A stretch of DNA of 64,000 bases from an uncultured Acidobacteriaceae bacterium. Its GTDB lineage: Bacteria > Acidobacteriota > Terriglobia > Terriglobales > Acidobacteriaceae. The notes under the pieces were generated by a model. That model ran no database searches and was not told the origin of the DNA. It saw only the letters and a program-made list of their open reading frames with translations. The stretch is taken from NCBI GenBank assembly GCA_963832755.1, contig CAWHVM010000003.1:521420-585419 (forward strand), read 5' to 3'. The position numbers and the translations under genes are program-made. Positions 63,071 to 64,000 of the stretch are shown here, piece after piece (position 1 is the first letter of the stretch; each line of letters opens with the position of its first letter).

Positions 63071-64000
63071 ATGGACCGCTCCCCCCGTTACGAAAATAGC
63101 CTGATCGCGGTTCTGTTTTTCACCTGGGGCACGGTCTTTCTGGGCCGGATGTCGGCGCTATACCTCGCGCCCTATTTCGCGCCGGAATTTCATCTCAGCC
63201 ACGGACAAGTGGGCACTGTGGCATCAGTGCTGGCCATCACCTGGGCGGTATCGACTTTTTTTTTCGGCGCCTTGTCCGACCGCGTGGGCCGCAAGCCCGT
63301 GCTGGTTCCCGCGGTGTTTGCCTTTTCCCTCCTGTCCTGGGCATCCGGACTGGTTCATAGCTTTCCTCAACTGCTGCTGGTGCGGGCGCTGATGGGAGCG
63401 GCAGGGGGACCGGCCTGGTCCACGATGACGGCGCTCATCGAAGAGTCCTCGCCGCACGATCGCCGTGGACGAAACATAGGTCTGGTGGTCAGCGCGGCGG
63501 CGCTGGTCGGCCTGGCTGCCGCCCCGGTGCTGACAACCCAGGTGGCGGCGCGTTGGGGTTGGCGGCCCGCATTCTTCGTGACCGGCATTCCCGGACTGCT
63601 GATGACAGTTCTGCTTTGGAGGTTTATAAAAGAGCCGGCCGCGAGCAACGGTATCCATGAAAAGCCGTCGGCCTCAGAGTACCTTTCCATCCTCCGCTAT
63701 CGCAACATGTGGCTGTGTTGCTTGGGAGCGGCTGGATTCATGTCGTGGTTGTTTGCGGTAAATGTGTTCGCGCCACTCTACATCACGGAAGTTGTTCACG
63801 AGTCCGCAACCACAGCCGGGTTCCTCCTCGGCGCCAGCGGACTGGGCAGCTTCTTTCTGGGCTTTCTGCTTCCGTCACTCTCCGACCGATGGGGCCGCAA
63901 ACCCCTTTTGCTGCTGATGGCGGCCATGTCTGCGGTAGTGCCGCTCGCTTTCCTCGTGCCCGCGCTGTATGTGTATCCGGTGGTGCTGGCGTTGATCGTT
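63071..64000 (+). CDS. MFS transporter (aromatic-acid/H+ symporter-like), 3-prime end beyond the window
   Basis: Own translation from ATG 63071: MDRSPRYENSLIAVLFFTWGTVFLG...FFFGALSDRVGRKPVL (MFS motif A)...SLSDRWGRKPLLL. Open for 310 codons to the window end, so absent from the ORF track. Confidence 0.85.
   Translation, partial: MDRSPRYENSLIAVLFFTWGTVFLGRMSALYLAPYFAPEFHLSHGQVGTVASVLAITWAVSTFFFGALSDRVGRKPVLVPAVFAFSLLSWASGLVHSFPQLLLVRALMGAAGGPAWSTMTALIEESSPHDRRGRNIGLVVSAAALVGLAAAPVLTTQVAARWGWRPAFFVTGIPGLLMTVLLWRFIKEPAASNGIHEKPSASEYLSILRYRNMWLCCLGAAGFMSWLFAVNVFAPLYITEVVHESATTAGFLLGASGLGSFFLGFLLPSLSDRWGRKPLLLLMAAMSAVVPLAFLVPALYVYPVVLALIV

Noticed and set aside
1-64000. Search by eye for CRISPR arrays, IS elements/transposases, integrases, phage genes, toxin-antitoxin or defence-system hallmarks, tRNA/rRNA
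   Set aside because: None found. All sizeable ORFs have metabolic, transport or regulator signatures. There are no regularly spaced direct repeats and no terminal inverted repeats. The island-like clustering of aromatic genes therefore has no visible mobility signature within this window.

Overview
Gene-dense, high-GC bacterial chromosomal segment with about 60 genes, roughly three quarters on the minus strand. By eye I found no rRNA, tRNA, CRISPR array, transposase, integrase or phage gene. Two ~1200-aa TonB-dependent receptors with a carboxypeptidase-regulatory-like N-terminal domain, plus the overall gene content, suggest a soil Acidobacteriota-type genome; this is inference only.

The window falls into three blocks:

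(1) 2.6-23.4 kb, fatty/hydroxy-acid beta-oxidation. It holds a LysR regulator, an ACAD10/11(FadE2)-type acyl-CoA dehydrogenase, a crotonase, a long FadE, MaoC and an enone reductase. A TetR-associated operon encodes SDR, acyl-CoA ligase, FadB-like enzyme, thiolase, histidine phosphatase and an APH-type kinase.

(2) 23.6-30.2 kb, an orphan six-gene operon. It encodes a saccharopine-dehydrogenase-like protein, an AMP-ligase, a free-standing lipoyl-domain protein, TPP-dependent E1 alpha and E1 beta, and a xylose-isomerase-like TIM barrel. There is no E2 catalytic core and no E3, and an HxlR regulator is transcribed divergently.

(3) 30-64 kb, a lignin-type aromatic catabolic island:
- TBDR, cytochrome c, ALDH, pcaHG, PQQ quinohemoprotein ADH and a short MetE-like gene.
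- A split PEP-synthase-like kinase with BCCP, a 5S-type carboxyltransferase and a HAD phosphatase. This is the logic of the Acv/Hpe aryl-methyl-ketone pathway, but no biotin carboxylase is present and a cupin and an SRPBCC gene are embedded.
- MarR with a feruloyl-CoA-synthetase-like ligase.
- ligM with metF.
- A type-I extradiol dioxygenase followed by galB/galC/galD-like genes.
- pcaB, pcaL and an amidohydrolase.
- A second cupin paralog and an MFS transporter.

Sequence-level observations include three sets of repeated operator-like motifs, two genes broken by single-nucleotide frameshifts, one truncated gene remnant, and a head-to-head gene pair whose start codons overlap. All functional calls rest on my reading of the translated ORFs (motifs and remembered family features). 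No database search was run.
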